A stretch of DNA of 64,000 nucleotides from an uncultured virus (IMG/VR IMGVR_UViG_3300002835_000031) (taxonomy: Duplodnaviria; Heunggongvirae; Uroviricota; Caudoviricetes), in IMG/VR virus record IMGVR_UViG_3300002835_000031, one strand, 5' to 3'. The translations under genes and the position numbers were made by a program. Shown here piece after piece: positions 45,748 to 55,328 of this stretch; position 1 is the stretch's first letter; every line of letters begins with the position of its first letter. A model generated the notes under the pieces. It did no database searches. It was not told the DNA's origin and saw only the letters and a list, made by a program, of their open reading frames with translations.

Positions 45748-48700
45748 TTATCCTCCGAATATTAATGAATAGCCCACTGCTGCAGCTGCGCTTCCGCCTG
45801 CGCCTCCGCTACCAACAGTAGTCCAACCTGATGAAGTGTATACAACCAACGCGTTTGCGGTTGTGTTATAAACTGTATCGCCTTGTAATGCAGTTGCTAA
45901 AGCATTAGTATTAGAATAATTTGCAAATCTTATTGGCGTTGAAGCCTGTACTCTGCCGGTCGATTGTGGCGATAATAAAATATTACCAGATGTTGATATT
46001 GTTAAATCACCAAATCCATTAATAATTCCTGCAGTATTGCCAGAACTTAATGTTACAACAGATGAATTTGCACCTGTTGCAAGAATAATATTTCCGCCGG
46101 ATGTAATATTAACATTACCCGCGGAGAAAATTGTTCCACCAGCTGCGCCTGTACCATTGGCATAGAATGCGTTTGCTATTACGTTACCGGTGTTAATGTT
46201 GCCGGTATAAGTTATTAGGAACGCGGCAACATTGGCATTGGCAAATTGACTACCTTGTGGGTTTGCTGCAAGATAAGCAATAACATTTGAAACAACTCTT
46301 GCATTTGTATAATATAAGTTACCACTTGAAGCAAGTTCTGCAACATTGGCAGTTGTTAAATTAGCCTGCGTAACTGACCCACCGGCTGATATACCAGTAA
46401 CCGTTCCTCTAAATGTTATCGGACTGTTGACAAAAATGTTACCGCCAGCCAAATTCAAATTACCTGTAGCACTTAACAATAAGTTACTAGATGTCGATAA
46501 TTCTGCAGAGCCTGTACCTGTAGCAATAAATGTATTTGCAATTATGTTTCCGCTTGCAAGAACATTTGAAGCTGTTAAATTAATGGTATTATTTTGAGCA
46601 ATAATGTTCAAATTACCGGTTGAATTTAATGTGCCGGACGTTGCTGAAGGTGAAATAACTGTGTTAGCTATAACATTACCTGCGGAAATATTACCGGTAT
46701 ATGTTGTTAAGAATGCACTCACATTTGCATTACTATAACTTCCGCTTGTAGGATTTGTTAATAGATATGCTGCAACATTGGCATTACCATATGTACCGCC
46801 TTGTGGGTTTGCCGCAAGATAAGCAATAACATTTGAAACAACTCTTGCATTGGTGTAATATAGGTTGTTTAATTCTGTTACATTTGCCGTTGTTAAATTA
46901 GCCTGAGTAACCGATGCACTTGCAATACCCGTAACCGTTCCTCTGAATGTTATAGGGCTATTGACAAAAATGTTACCACCTGCCAAATTTAAATTGCCGG
47001 TCGCGCTTAATAACAAATTGCTTGAAGTTGAAAGTTCTGCGGAACCTGTACCTGTAGCAGTGAATGTGTTAGCAACAATATTGCCAGATGCAAGAACAGT
47101 ATTTGCAGTTAAATTAATTGTGTCACCGGAAACAATGTTCAAATTACCAGTTGAATTTAATGTGCCAGATGTTGCAAACGGTGAAATAACTGTGTTAGCA
47201 ATAACATTGCCAGCATTAATATTGCCGGTATATGTTGTCAGGAATGCGCCGACATTAGCATTACCAAAATTACTTATTATTGGATTTGCCGTTAAATAAG
47301 CAGTAACATTAGATAACACACGAGCATTTGTGTAATATAAATTGCCACTTGCGGCATTTTCATTTACATTTGCAGTGTTTAAATTAGCAGTTAATGCATA
47401 AGATGATAGTACTCCAATAACATTAGAATAAACTCTTGCATTTGTGTAGTATAGATTTGAACCTTCAGCAATACTAGAAGTCGTTAAGGTTAACCCTGTT
47501 AATCCTCCTCTTAATACCAGATTACCATTAACAAAAACATTTGGAGCAGTTAAGTTCAAATTACCGGCTGCACTTAATAATAAATTACTTGTGGATACTA
47601 TTTCACCGGAACCTGCACCTGCTGATATAAATGTATTTGCAACAATGTTGCCTGATACCAATACGTTGGGCGTGGTTAAATTAATTGTACCCACCGCAGT
47701 AATATTTAAATTGCCAGTAGATGTTAGTGTAGCTGATGTTGCCGTAGGAGAAACAAAGCTGTTAGAAATTATATTTCCTGCAGAAAGATTGCCCGTATAT
47801 GTTGTTAAGAATGAAGCAACATTGGCATTACTAAATGATGAAGATGCTGTAGGAGCAGCCCAGAATAAATTGCCTGTGCCATTTGTTTGCAGTATATACC
47901 CGGTCACCCCATCGGTCTTTGGCCATGCTTGCCCATCTAATATAATTCTACCTGTGCCGTTTGCAACCAATTCTATGTTGGAATTTCCGGTAGTTGATAT
48001 AGATAGAACACCCACGTTGTCTATTATGCCGCCGGTTAAAATTAAGTTACCTGCAGCAATGTTACCAGTGTATGTTGGCAATGCCGCTTCAATATTTGAT
48101 AATACTCGAGCATTGGTATAATATAAGTTTGAACCTTCGGCAATGCTTGATGTTGTTAGTGTTAATCCAGTTATTCCGCCTCTTAGTACTAAATTGCCGT
48201 TAACAAAAACATTCGATGATGTTAAGTTAAGATTACCGGCTGCACTTAATAACAAGTTACTTGTGGATGCAACTTCGCCTGAGCCTGCACCGGTCGATAT
48301 AAAATTATTTGCTACAACATTACCTGACACCAATACGTTTGGTGTTGTTAAATTAATTGTTCCGGCCGCAGTAATATTCAAATTACCCGTTGATGTCAAT
48401 GTTGCTGAAGTTGCGGTTGGCGATACAAAACTATTGGCAATTACATTACCGGCACTTAGATTGCCAGTATAAGTTGTTAAGAAAGAACTCACATTGGCAT
48501 TGCCAAAACTAACAGTCGCAGGATTTGCTGCTAAATATGCAATAACATTTGATACTACTCTGGCATTGGTATAATATAAGTTTGAACCTTCAGCAATGTT
48601 TGAAGTAGACAATGCTGATAATGCGCTTATAACATTAGAGTAAACTCTTGCATTCGTGTAGTATAAGTTTGAACCTTCAGCAATGCTTGATGTTGTTAAA

Positions 48701-51111
48701 GTTAAGCCTGACAGAGCACCTCGTAATACTAAATTGCCATTAACAAATACATTTGAAGATGTTAAGTTTAAATTACCAGCTGCGCTTAATAATATATTGC
48801 TTGTGGATGTAAGTTCTGCAGAGCCTGAGCCGGTTGCAATAAATGTATTTGCTACAATATTGCCTGACACCAACACATTGGTTGTTGTTAAATTAATTGC
48901 ACCTGCCGCAGTAATATTCAAATTGCCGGTAGATGTTATTGTTGCCGCTATTGCAGTAGGTGACAGAATTGTATTTGCAATTACATTACCTGCACTAATG
49001 TTACCGGTGTATGTTGTTAGGAATGAAGCAACATTGGCATTGGCAAATGATGATGCAGGTGCTGCCCAAAATAAGTTGCCTGTACCATTTGTTTGTAGTA
49101 CATAACCATTAATGCCATCGGTATGTGGCCATGCCTGCCCATCTAATAAAATTCTGCCATTACCTGCCGCAGATAATTCTATGTTGGAATTTGAAGTGGT
49201 TGCAATTGTCAATACACCAACATTATCTATTATTCCACCTGTCAATATTAAATTACCTGCAGCAAGATTGCCGGTGTATGTTGATAGGAATGATGCAACA
49301 TTGGCGTTACTAAAACTACCACTTACCGGATTTGCCGCAAGGTAAGCAGTAATATTTGATAAAACTCTGGCATTGGTATAGAAAATGCTATTGCCGGATT
49401 CAATTACGTTGGCCGTATATAGATTCAACCAAGTTGTTGCAGAAATATTACCCGCACTAATTAAATTGGCGCCTGTAAACGAACCACCGGAACCACTGCC
49501 TGTTATAATGTTATTGGCAACAATATTGCCCGATGCAATAACATTCGGAGATGTCAAATTAATTGCACCTAACGCAGTAATATTCAAATTACCTGTTGAT
49601 GTTATTGTTGCAGCTATTGCTGTAGGTGAAATAATTGTATTGGCAATAACATTGCCTGCAGTAATATTACCGGTGTATGTTGTTAGAAACGCACCTACAT
49701 TTGCGTTACCATATGTACTAATTGCGGGATTTGCTGCCAAATATGCAATAACATTTGATACTACTCTGGCGTTGGTGTAATATAAATTGTTTAATTCCGC
49801 AACATTGGCTGTGGTTAAATCTACTACATTGGCTTTTAATCTTAAATTAGACTCAACTTGAGCATTAACTCTGGCATTTGTATAGAATAGATTGTTTGTA
49901 CCTTCAGTAATACCATTTGTATTGCCTGAGAATGATGATGCACCTACTCCCGTTAGAGAAGAACCATCACCAAAGAATTTTGTTGCGATTACATTACCAG
50001 ATGCAATAACATTGCCGGAATTTAATGTAATATTTCCAGTGCCCGTGATATTAACATTACCGGTAGAAGATAATGTAGCAGAGCCTGTACCTACTGATAT
50101 AAATGTATTTGCAATTAAATTACCGCTTGCAATAACATTTGTGGAATTGATATTGACTGCACCTGCGGCAGTCATTGTAATGTTTCCAGTAGATGTAATC
50201 AACCCAGCAGATGCGCTTGCTGATATAAATCCATTTGCTATTACATTACCAGTAACATTTAGATTGCCTGTGATATTATTAACATTTACGGAAACGCCAG
50301 TCAAATTAGCAGAGATTTGACCATTAGCAGCGATAATAATGTTATTACCCTGTAATGACGGCATTAATGCTATAACATTGGATGCTACTCTGGCATTTGT
50401 ATAGTATAAATTATTACCTTCAGCAACATTGGCAGTTGTTAAATCAACTACATTGGCCTTGGCAGCCAATAATGATACCACATTGGCAAAAACTCTGGCA
50501 TTGGTAAAATAAAGATTACTTGCAGATTCTGTTACATTTGCAGTAAAAATTCCAGAATAACTATTTGCTGTTAAAGGTCCGTTAACAACAATACTTGATC
50601 CAGTTAAAGTAACGACGCCGGTTGCGGATATTGATACGTTGCCGGTGGATGATAATAATCCAGAGCCTGGGCCGGTTGATATAAAAGTGTTGGCAATAAC
50701 ATTGCCAGTTGCGATAACATTTGTAGAGTTGATATTGACTGCACCCGCAGCAGTCATGGTGATGTTGCCAGAGGATGAAATTAAGCCAGCAGAAGCACTT
50801 GTGGAAACGAAACCATTGGCAATTACATTGCCGCTAACATTCAAGTTGCCAGTAACAGAAGAAACACTTACCGCAGACAGGTTTGCTGAAATAAGACCAT
50901 TTGCTGCAATAGAGATATTATCGCCGGCAACAAGAGCGCCGATTGCCCTGGCGTTACTGAAATATACATTACCAGAACTTGTGTTTCCCGATTCAATAAC
51001 ATTACCGGTAAATATACTTTGGAAGGAAACATTGCCGGTGTTGGCACCCAGCAATTGGCCGTTACTTCCTCCATTTCCACTGATTAAACTTACATCTATT
51101 TTGCGAGCCAT
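45748..51111 (-). CDS. long Asn/Thr/Gly-rich repeat fibre protein (1787 aa)
   Basis: ~13 TANV.E..NLYYTNARV modules; ends AAAAVGYSLIFGG; AATAAATA at 51140-51147. Confidence 0.85.
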   Translation of the reverse strand: MARKIDVSLISGNGGSNGQLLGANTGNVSFQSIFTGNVIESGNTSSGNVYFSNARAIGALVAGDNISIAANGLISANLSAVSVSSVTGNLNVSGNVIANGFVSTSASAGLISSSGNITMTAAGAVNINSTNVIATGNVIANTFISTGPGSGLLSSTGNVSISATGVVTLTGSSIVVNGPLTANSYSGIFTANVTESASNLYFTNARVFANVVSLLAAKANVVDLTTANVAEGNNLYYTNARVASNVIALMPSLQGNNIIIAANGQISANLTGVSVNVNNITGNLNVTGNVIANGFISASASAGLITSTGNITMTAAGAVNINSTNVIASGNLIANTFISVGTGSATLSSTGNVNITGTGNITLNSGNVIASGNVIATKFFGDGSSLTGVGASSFSGNTNGITEGTNNLFYTNARVNAQVESNLRLKANVVDLTTANVAELNNLYYTNARVVSNVIAYLAANPAISTYGNANVGAFLTTYTGNITAGNVIANTIISPTAIAATITSTGNLNITALGAINLTSPNVIASGNIVANNIITGSGSGGSFTGANLISAGNISATTWLNLYTANVIESGNSIFYTNARVLSNITAYLAANPVSGSFSNANVASFLSTYTGNLAAGNLILTGGIIDNVGVLTIATTSNSNIELSAAGNGRILLDGQAWPHTDGINGYVLQTNGTGNLFWAAPASSFANANVASFLTTYTGNISAGNVIANTILSPTAIAATITSTGNLNITAAGAINLTTTNVLVSGNIVANTFIATGSGSAELTSTSNILLSAAGNLNLTSSNVFVNGNLVLRGALSGLTLTTSSIAEGSNLYYTNARVYSNVISALSALSTSNIAEGSNLYYTNARVVSNVIAYLAANPATVSFGNANVSSFLTTYTGNLSAGNVIANSFVSPTATSATLTSTGNLNITAAGTINLTTPNVLVSGNVVANNFISTGAGSGEVASTSNLLLSAAGNLNLTSSNVFVNGNLVLRGGITGLTLTTSSIAEGSNLYYTNARVLSNIEAALPTYTGNIAAGNLILTGGIIDNVGVLSISTTGNSNIELVANGTGRIILDGQAWPKTDGVTGYILQTNGTGNLFWAAPTASSSFSNANVASFLTTYTGNLSAGNIISNSFVSPTATSATLTSTGNLNITAVGTINLTTPNVLVSGNIVANTFISAGAGSGEIVSTSNLLLSAAGNLNLTAPNVFVNGNLVLRGGLTGLTLTTSSIAEGSNLYYTNARVYSNVIGVLSSYALTANLNTANVNENAASGNLYYTNARVLSNVTAYLTANPIISNFGNANVGAFLTTYTGNINAGNVIANTVISPFATSGTLNSTGNLNIVSGDTINLTANTVLASGNIVANTFTATGTGSAELSTSSNLLLSATGNLNLAGGNIFVNSPITFRGTVTGIASASVTQANLTTANVTELNNLYYTNARVVSNVIAYLAANPQGGTYGNANVAAYLLTNPTSGSYSNANVSAFLTTYTGNISAGNVIANTVISPSATSGTLNSTGNLNIIAQNNTINLTASNVLASGNIIANTFIATGTGSAELSTSSNLLLSATGNLNLAGGNIFVNSPITFRGTVTGISAGGSVTQANLTTANVAELASSGNLYYTNARVVSNVIAYLAANPQGSQFANANVAAFLITYTGNINTGNVIANAFYANGTGAAGGTIFSAGNVNITSGGNIILATGANSSVVTLSSGNTAGIINGFGDLTISTSGNILLSPQSTGRVQASTPIRFANYSNTNALATALQGDTVYNTTANALVVYTSSGWTTVGSGGAGGSAAAAVGYSLIFGG

Positions 51112-51164
51112 CTCTTGACCTTTTTATTGTTATCTACTATATTTATTGCCAACGATTATTCTAC

Positions 51165-52157
51165 TTAAAACGTAATGGATCCTGAACTGGTCCATTGATA
51201 TATTCTATATCCGCCGGATACTATTACGTTAGGTGACCCTGTTGTACTTGTTGCTGATGAAAATGTATCTGCATAGCGGATGATTACAGTACCAGAACCT
51301 CCGGAACCAGCTATACCAGTTGTCCATCCTAAACCTCCACCACCACCGCCGGTATTTACGTTGCCAGATGTTGCACTTGCTGTTCCACTAGCCGCCATAA
51401 CGCCTGCACCACCACCTCCGGAACCACCATTTCCAGCAGTAGAGCCACCTTCACCGCCACCGCCACCGCCACCAGCATAATAAGTTGCAGTCCCGGTAAT
51501 AGAACTAACTGCACCAATGCCGCCATTGCCACCTGTTCCCGGAGAAGTACCATTTCCGTTTGCACCGACACCTCCCGCTCCGCCACCGCCACCAGCAACA
51601 TAAATTGTATTAGGACTAGTTCCGCGTGTTCCCGAACCACCATTATTACCTTGTCCTGCAGTACCTGTTCCACCAGCAATAGTTGTAAAAGAAGCAGCAG
51701 AAGAACCACCGCCACCAGAACCGCCATTAGCGCCAACTGAAACATATGCGCCACCACCGCCGCCGCCTATTGCTGTTACCGTAGTAAATCCAGAACCAGA
51801 TATACTTGAGTTAGCACCAGAAGCGGCTCGATTATTTGTTTGAGTTTGTGTTCCTTGTATTCCAACACCACCTGCGCCAACTGTTATTGTGTATGTAACA
51901 CTAACGGCTACGTTTGCCGTATTAGTTAGTAATCCACCTGCTCCGCCGCCGCCTCCGTCTGCTGAACCTCCTGCTCCTCCGCCAGCAACTACTAGATATT
52001 CTACCGTTGAAGTTGGAACAGGTGGCGGGGGCGGTTCTCCTGCAACTAAAATATTAACACTGACTTTTTGTCTTGCAATGGCACGAAAATTGTTCGCAGA
52101 TGCAGAAAACTTTTGTGTAGTACTAACTTTTGCAGCACTATACTTCCGTAAGGTCAT
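51165..52157 (-). CDS. glycine-rich virion/adhesin-like protein
   Basis: VEYLVVAGGG...YYAGGGGG...YRIYQWTSSGSITF; basic leader + PPPPPVP. Confidence 0.85.
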   Translation of the reverse strand: MTLRKYSAAKVSTTQKFSASANNFRAIARQKVSVNILVAGEPPPPPVPTSTVEYLVVAGGGAGGSADGGGGGAGGLLTNTANVAVSVTYTITVGAGGVGIQGTQTQTNNRAASGANSSISGSGFTTVTAIGGGGGGAYVSVGANGGSGGGGSSAASFTTIAGGTGTAGQGNNGGSGTRGTSPNTIYVAGGGGGAGGVGANGNGTSPGTGGNGGIGAVSSITGTATYYAGGGGGGGEGGSTAGNGGSGGGGAGVMAASGTASATSGNVNTGGGGGGLGWTTGIAGSGGSGTVIIRYADTFSSATSTTGSPNVIVSGGYRIYQWTSSGSITF

Positions 52158-52486
52158 TAGGTAACCTCAGTGCCGAACAGATTAAAACTAATATTTGTGG
52201 TATTTGCATATACTGTTACAACGTCTGTGGCAGCCAATGTTACACCGATTGTTAGCGATATTGAATCCAAAGCAGGAACAGTTGCATCAAAGGCAATATA
52301 ATGTTTGTTTGCCAGCGTTTCACCTGCAGGTCTTACTGCAATGCGATATGCTGCTGCACTGGCATTTTGATTACAAACTGATATTGTAGAAGTAACTGCA
52401 CTTGTGCCCGACGGAACAGTATACAGTGTATTTGCTGTACCTGCTGAAGGACTGATCTGTCCCAATACTTTATATGTTATCGCCAT
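52157..52486 (-). CDS. small adaptor-like protein (YKVLGQ type)
   Basis: 109 aa; paralog of 54989..55318. Confidence 0.75.
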   Translation of the reverse strand: MAITYKVLGQISPSAGTANTLYTVPSGTSAVTSTISVCNQNASAAAYRIAVRPAGETLANKHYIAFDATVPALDSISLTIGVTLAATDVVTVYANTTNISFNLFGTEVT

Positions 52487-52495
52487 TTTTATCTC

Positions 52496-52855
52496 TTATT
52501 CTGTTGTTGTAACAACTTCTACCCAATTTTGAACTTCTTCGTTCCATGCATAAATTTTATCATCATCTGGTTTTGCTATAGGTGCTTCCCATAAGCAAGT
52601 ATTTTCATTTAATACCCAAGAATTAAATGGTGTTGGTGGTATAAATGCATCTCTTGTTGCATCATACCTATAACCAATACCAGCATAATTTTTTCGTAAT
52701 GGAGTACCCCCATTGATGTGAACGCCTGCATGAGTGTTATAGCTTGTTTGTACCCAGCTTGCGGGATCACCAAACAAACCAGTATCAATTACATCTTGCT
52801 CGACAACGATAACCTGTGTAACGATACCGTTTTCTACTTTTGCGAAATGGCTCAT
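52496..52855 (-). CDS. conserved small phage protein (MSHFAKVENG...LRKNYAGIG...DAFIPP.PF.SW), possible chaperone
   Basis: AGGAG SD; GATAAATA at 52880-52887; family recalled next to Gly-rich phage genes. Confidence 0.75.
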   Translation of the reverse strand: MSHFAKVENGIVTQVIVVEQDVIDTGLFGDPASWVQTSYNTHAGVHINGGTPLRKNYAGIGYRYDATRDAFIPPTPFNSWVLNENTCLWEAPIAKPDDDKIYAWNEEVQNWVEVVTTTE

Positions 52856-52885
52856 TTTAAAAAACTCCTATTTTCCTGTTATTTA

Positions 52886-53845
52886 TCAGAATGTTATTGA
52901 ACCGGATGAGGTAAATTGATATATTCTATATCCGCCAGATACTGTTACGTTAGGTGAACCTGTTGTAGCTGTTGCTGCATTATATGTATCTGCATAGCGA
53001 AGGATTACAATTCCAGAACCACCAGCACCGCCAGAAAATCTTGATCCTGAATAAGCACCGCCACCACCACCCCCACCTCCAGAATTAGTGCCGCCGGCGC
53101 CACCGGCGCCACCGGTTGTTCCACTTGCTCCTCCGTTACTTCCGCCTGCACCGGATAATCCTGAACCAGAAGAACCTCCCCCACCTCCCCCCCCACCGCC
53201 GCCGCCGCCAGCAGAAAGTCTATAACCGCTACCGCCACCGCCGCCAGCATAATATGTTGCAGTTCCGGAAATATCAGTTGATGTACCGGAACCGCCGGTA
53301 CCGCCAGTAGGGGATGCACTTGCAGGCCCCGCATTACCTCCAACAGTATTAGAGCCACCTCCACCTCCACCAGCACCATCGATAGAACCATTTAATCCAC
53401 CTCCACCATTATTGCCTTGACTAGGTGATGTTGATGGCGTGTTTCCTGCACCGCCTGTTGTTGGTATAGTAGGAGATAAACCGTAACCTGTACCACCACC
53501 GGATCCACCAGAAGCGCCATTTAATCCAACTGAGGTAGTTCCATAACCCCCGCCAGTTGAGGTAATATCTCCAAATACAGAATTTGATCCCGAAATACCG
53601 TTGCCTCCGCCAGAGCCACCGGACCCACCACCGCCAACGGTAACAGTAATAGCAGAACCAGATGTTACAGAGTAACCAGCCGCAGTTCTGTACCCACCAG
53701 CACCGCCACCGCCACCATCAGAGCCACCACCACCTCCACCAGCAACTACTAGATATTCAACTGTTGGGGTAGGAGAAGGAGGAGGCGGAGTAATTGTTAG
53801 GGCTACCCCTGATCCGATTGAGATACCATTGAATGAAATTGCCAT
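52886..53845 (-). CDS. glycine-rich virion/adhesin-like protein
   Basis: VEYLVVAGGGGGG...YRIYQFTSSGSITF; MAISFNG...PPPPSPTP leader. Confidence 0.85.
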   Translation of the reverse strand: MAISFNGISIGSGVALTITPPPPSPTPTVEYLVVAGGGGGGSDGGGGGAGGYRTAAGYSVTSGSAITVTVGGGGSGGSGGGNGISGSNSVFGDITSTGGGYGTTSVGLNGASGGSGGGTGYGLSPTIPTTGGAGNTPSTSPSQGNNGGGGLNGSIDGAGGGGGGSNTVGGNAGPASASPTGGTGGSGTSTDISGTATYYAGGGGGSGYRLSAGGGGGGGGGGGGSSGSGLSGAGGSNGGASGTTGGAGGAGGTNSGGGGGGGGAYSGSRFSGGAGGSGIVILRYADTYNAATATTGSPNVTVSGGYRIYQFTSSGSITF

Positions 53846-53860
53846 TTTTTTACTTTTAAT

Positions 53861-54979
53861 TTATGACGAGATTGCAGTTGAATGTCTATATCCTGCAGAA
53901 ACATTCAACCAATTAGTTAAAGCACCAATTTGTACTGGACTAGATCTATTTGTGGTATTACCTTGACCTAATTGACCGTAGCTATTACCGCCCCATGACC
54001 ACAGTGTACCGTCGGTTTTAACTGCCGTAGTATGGAATTGTCCCGCATCAATTTTTGACCAAGTAGTCAATGCTCCAACTTGTACAGGGCTAAATATATC
54101 AGTAGTATTACCTAAACCCAATCGGCCTGTCTCGCCTGAACCCCAAGCCCATAATGTACCATCTGTTTTAATGGCTACATTATGCTGATATGCTGCTTCT
54201 ATAATTGACCAATTGGTCAACGCACCAACTTGTGCTGGACTAGAACCACCGCCCGATCCTCCATCTTGTCCTGCATTGTTTCTACCCCAAGCCCACAATG
54301 TACCATTGGTTTTAATGGCAATCGTATGATGGTCTCCGCTAGTACAGCGCAACCAATTATTTAATGCGCCAACTTGCACAGGACTAGATCTATAAAATGT
54401 ATTGCCCTGGCCCAACTGCCCATAAAAATTATTTCCCCATGACCACAGGGTACCATCGGTTTTTACGGCAAACGACGATGAACCGCCGGTGCCAATACTC
54501 GCCCACGTGGTTAATGCGCCAACTTGTTTGGGACTTGAATATGCTGTAGTATTACCGAAGCCAAGTTGTCCCGAGCCATTGGTTCCCCATGCCCACATGG
54601 TGCCATCTGTTTTTATAGCCAAACTATGCTCGCGGCCGCTGGCCAGACTACTCCAACCGGTTAATGCGCCAACTTGTACTGGACTAGATCTTGCGGTTGT
54701 AGTATTATCCCCCAATTGTCCACTGGCGTTATTACCCCAACTCCATAATGTACCATCTGTTTTTATAGCTGTATTATGATACCCACCGCCAGCAACACTT
54801 AACCAATTACCCAGGGCACCAATTTGCGTGGGGCTCGATCTATTTGTGGTATCTCCCACGCCCAATCTCCCGTGGTAATTTACTCCCCATGACCATAAGT
54901 AAAATTCTGGTGGCGGAGGCAGATCAGGTGTCTCGTATGAAAATGTTCCACCAAATGTTAGATTTTGAAATGTGATCAT
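53861..54979 (-). CDS. RCC1-type beta-propeller protein
   Basis: Seven repeats; MITFQN...PPPP leader. Confidence 0.92.
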   Translation of the reverse strand: MITFQNLTFGGTFSYETPDLPPPPEFYLWSWGVNYHGRLGVGDTTNRSSPTQIGALGNWLSVAGGGYHNTAIKTDGTLWSWGNNASGQLGDNTTTARSSPVQVGALTGWSSLASGREHSLAIKTDGTMWAWGTNGSGQLGFGNTTAYSSPKQVGALTTWASIGTGGSSSFAVKTDGTLWSWGNNFYGQLGQGNTFYRSSPVQVGALNNWLRCTSGDHHTIAIKTNGTLWAWGRNNAGQDGGSGGGSSPAQVGALTNWSIIEAAYQHNVAIKTDGTLWAWGSGETGRLGLGNTTDIFSPVQVGALTTWSKIDAGQFHTTAVKTDGTLWSWGGNSYGQLGQGNTTNRSSPVQIGALTNWLNVSAGYRHSTAISS

Positions 54980-54988
54980 GTTTTTATA

Positions 54989-55318
54989 TTACTTATTCTC
55001 TGATCCAAATACGCTGAAACTAACATTGGATGTATTTGCAGAAACTGTTACCACATCCGTTGCAGCTAAAGTTATACCAGCAGTAATGCCCAATGATTCA
55101 TTTCCGGCAAGTGAAGTATTGAATGAGAAATAATGTTTGGAAGCCAGGGTCTCGCCAGCGGGTCTTATGGCAATACTAAATGTTGCAGACGAGGTTGAAT
55201 AGTTGCAAACATTTAGAGTAGATATTACTGCACTGGTATCAGAGGGAACCGAATACAATGTGGTATTTGTATTCCCTGCTGGATTTGATTGACCAAGAAC
55301 TTTAAATTGTAAAGCCAT
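54989..55318 (-). CDS. small adaptor-like protein (FKVLGQ type)
   Basis: 109 aa; directly follows the 1582-aa fibre. Confidence 0.75.
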   Translation of the reverse strand: MALQFKVLGQSNPAGNTNTTLYSVPSDTSAVISTLNVCNYSTSSATFSIAIRPAGETLASKHYFSFNTSLAGNESLGITAGITLAATDVVTVSANTSNVSFSVFGSENK

Positions 55319-55328
55319 ATTTTTATTC

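Noticed and set aside
53176..53210. G8 homopolymer as a phase-variation tract
   Set aside because: Lies in a run of Gly codons and the frame is intact; no evidence of slippage without reads.
10930..54979. Eukaryotic or giant-virus origin suggested by RCC1 repeats and sulfotransferases
   Set aside because: T4-type primase, spanins, sigma70 and TATAAATA promoters and SD sequences indicate a bacteriophage.
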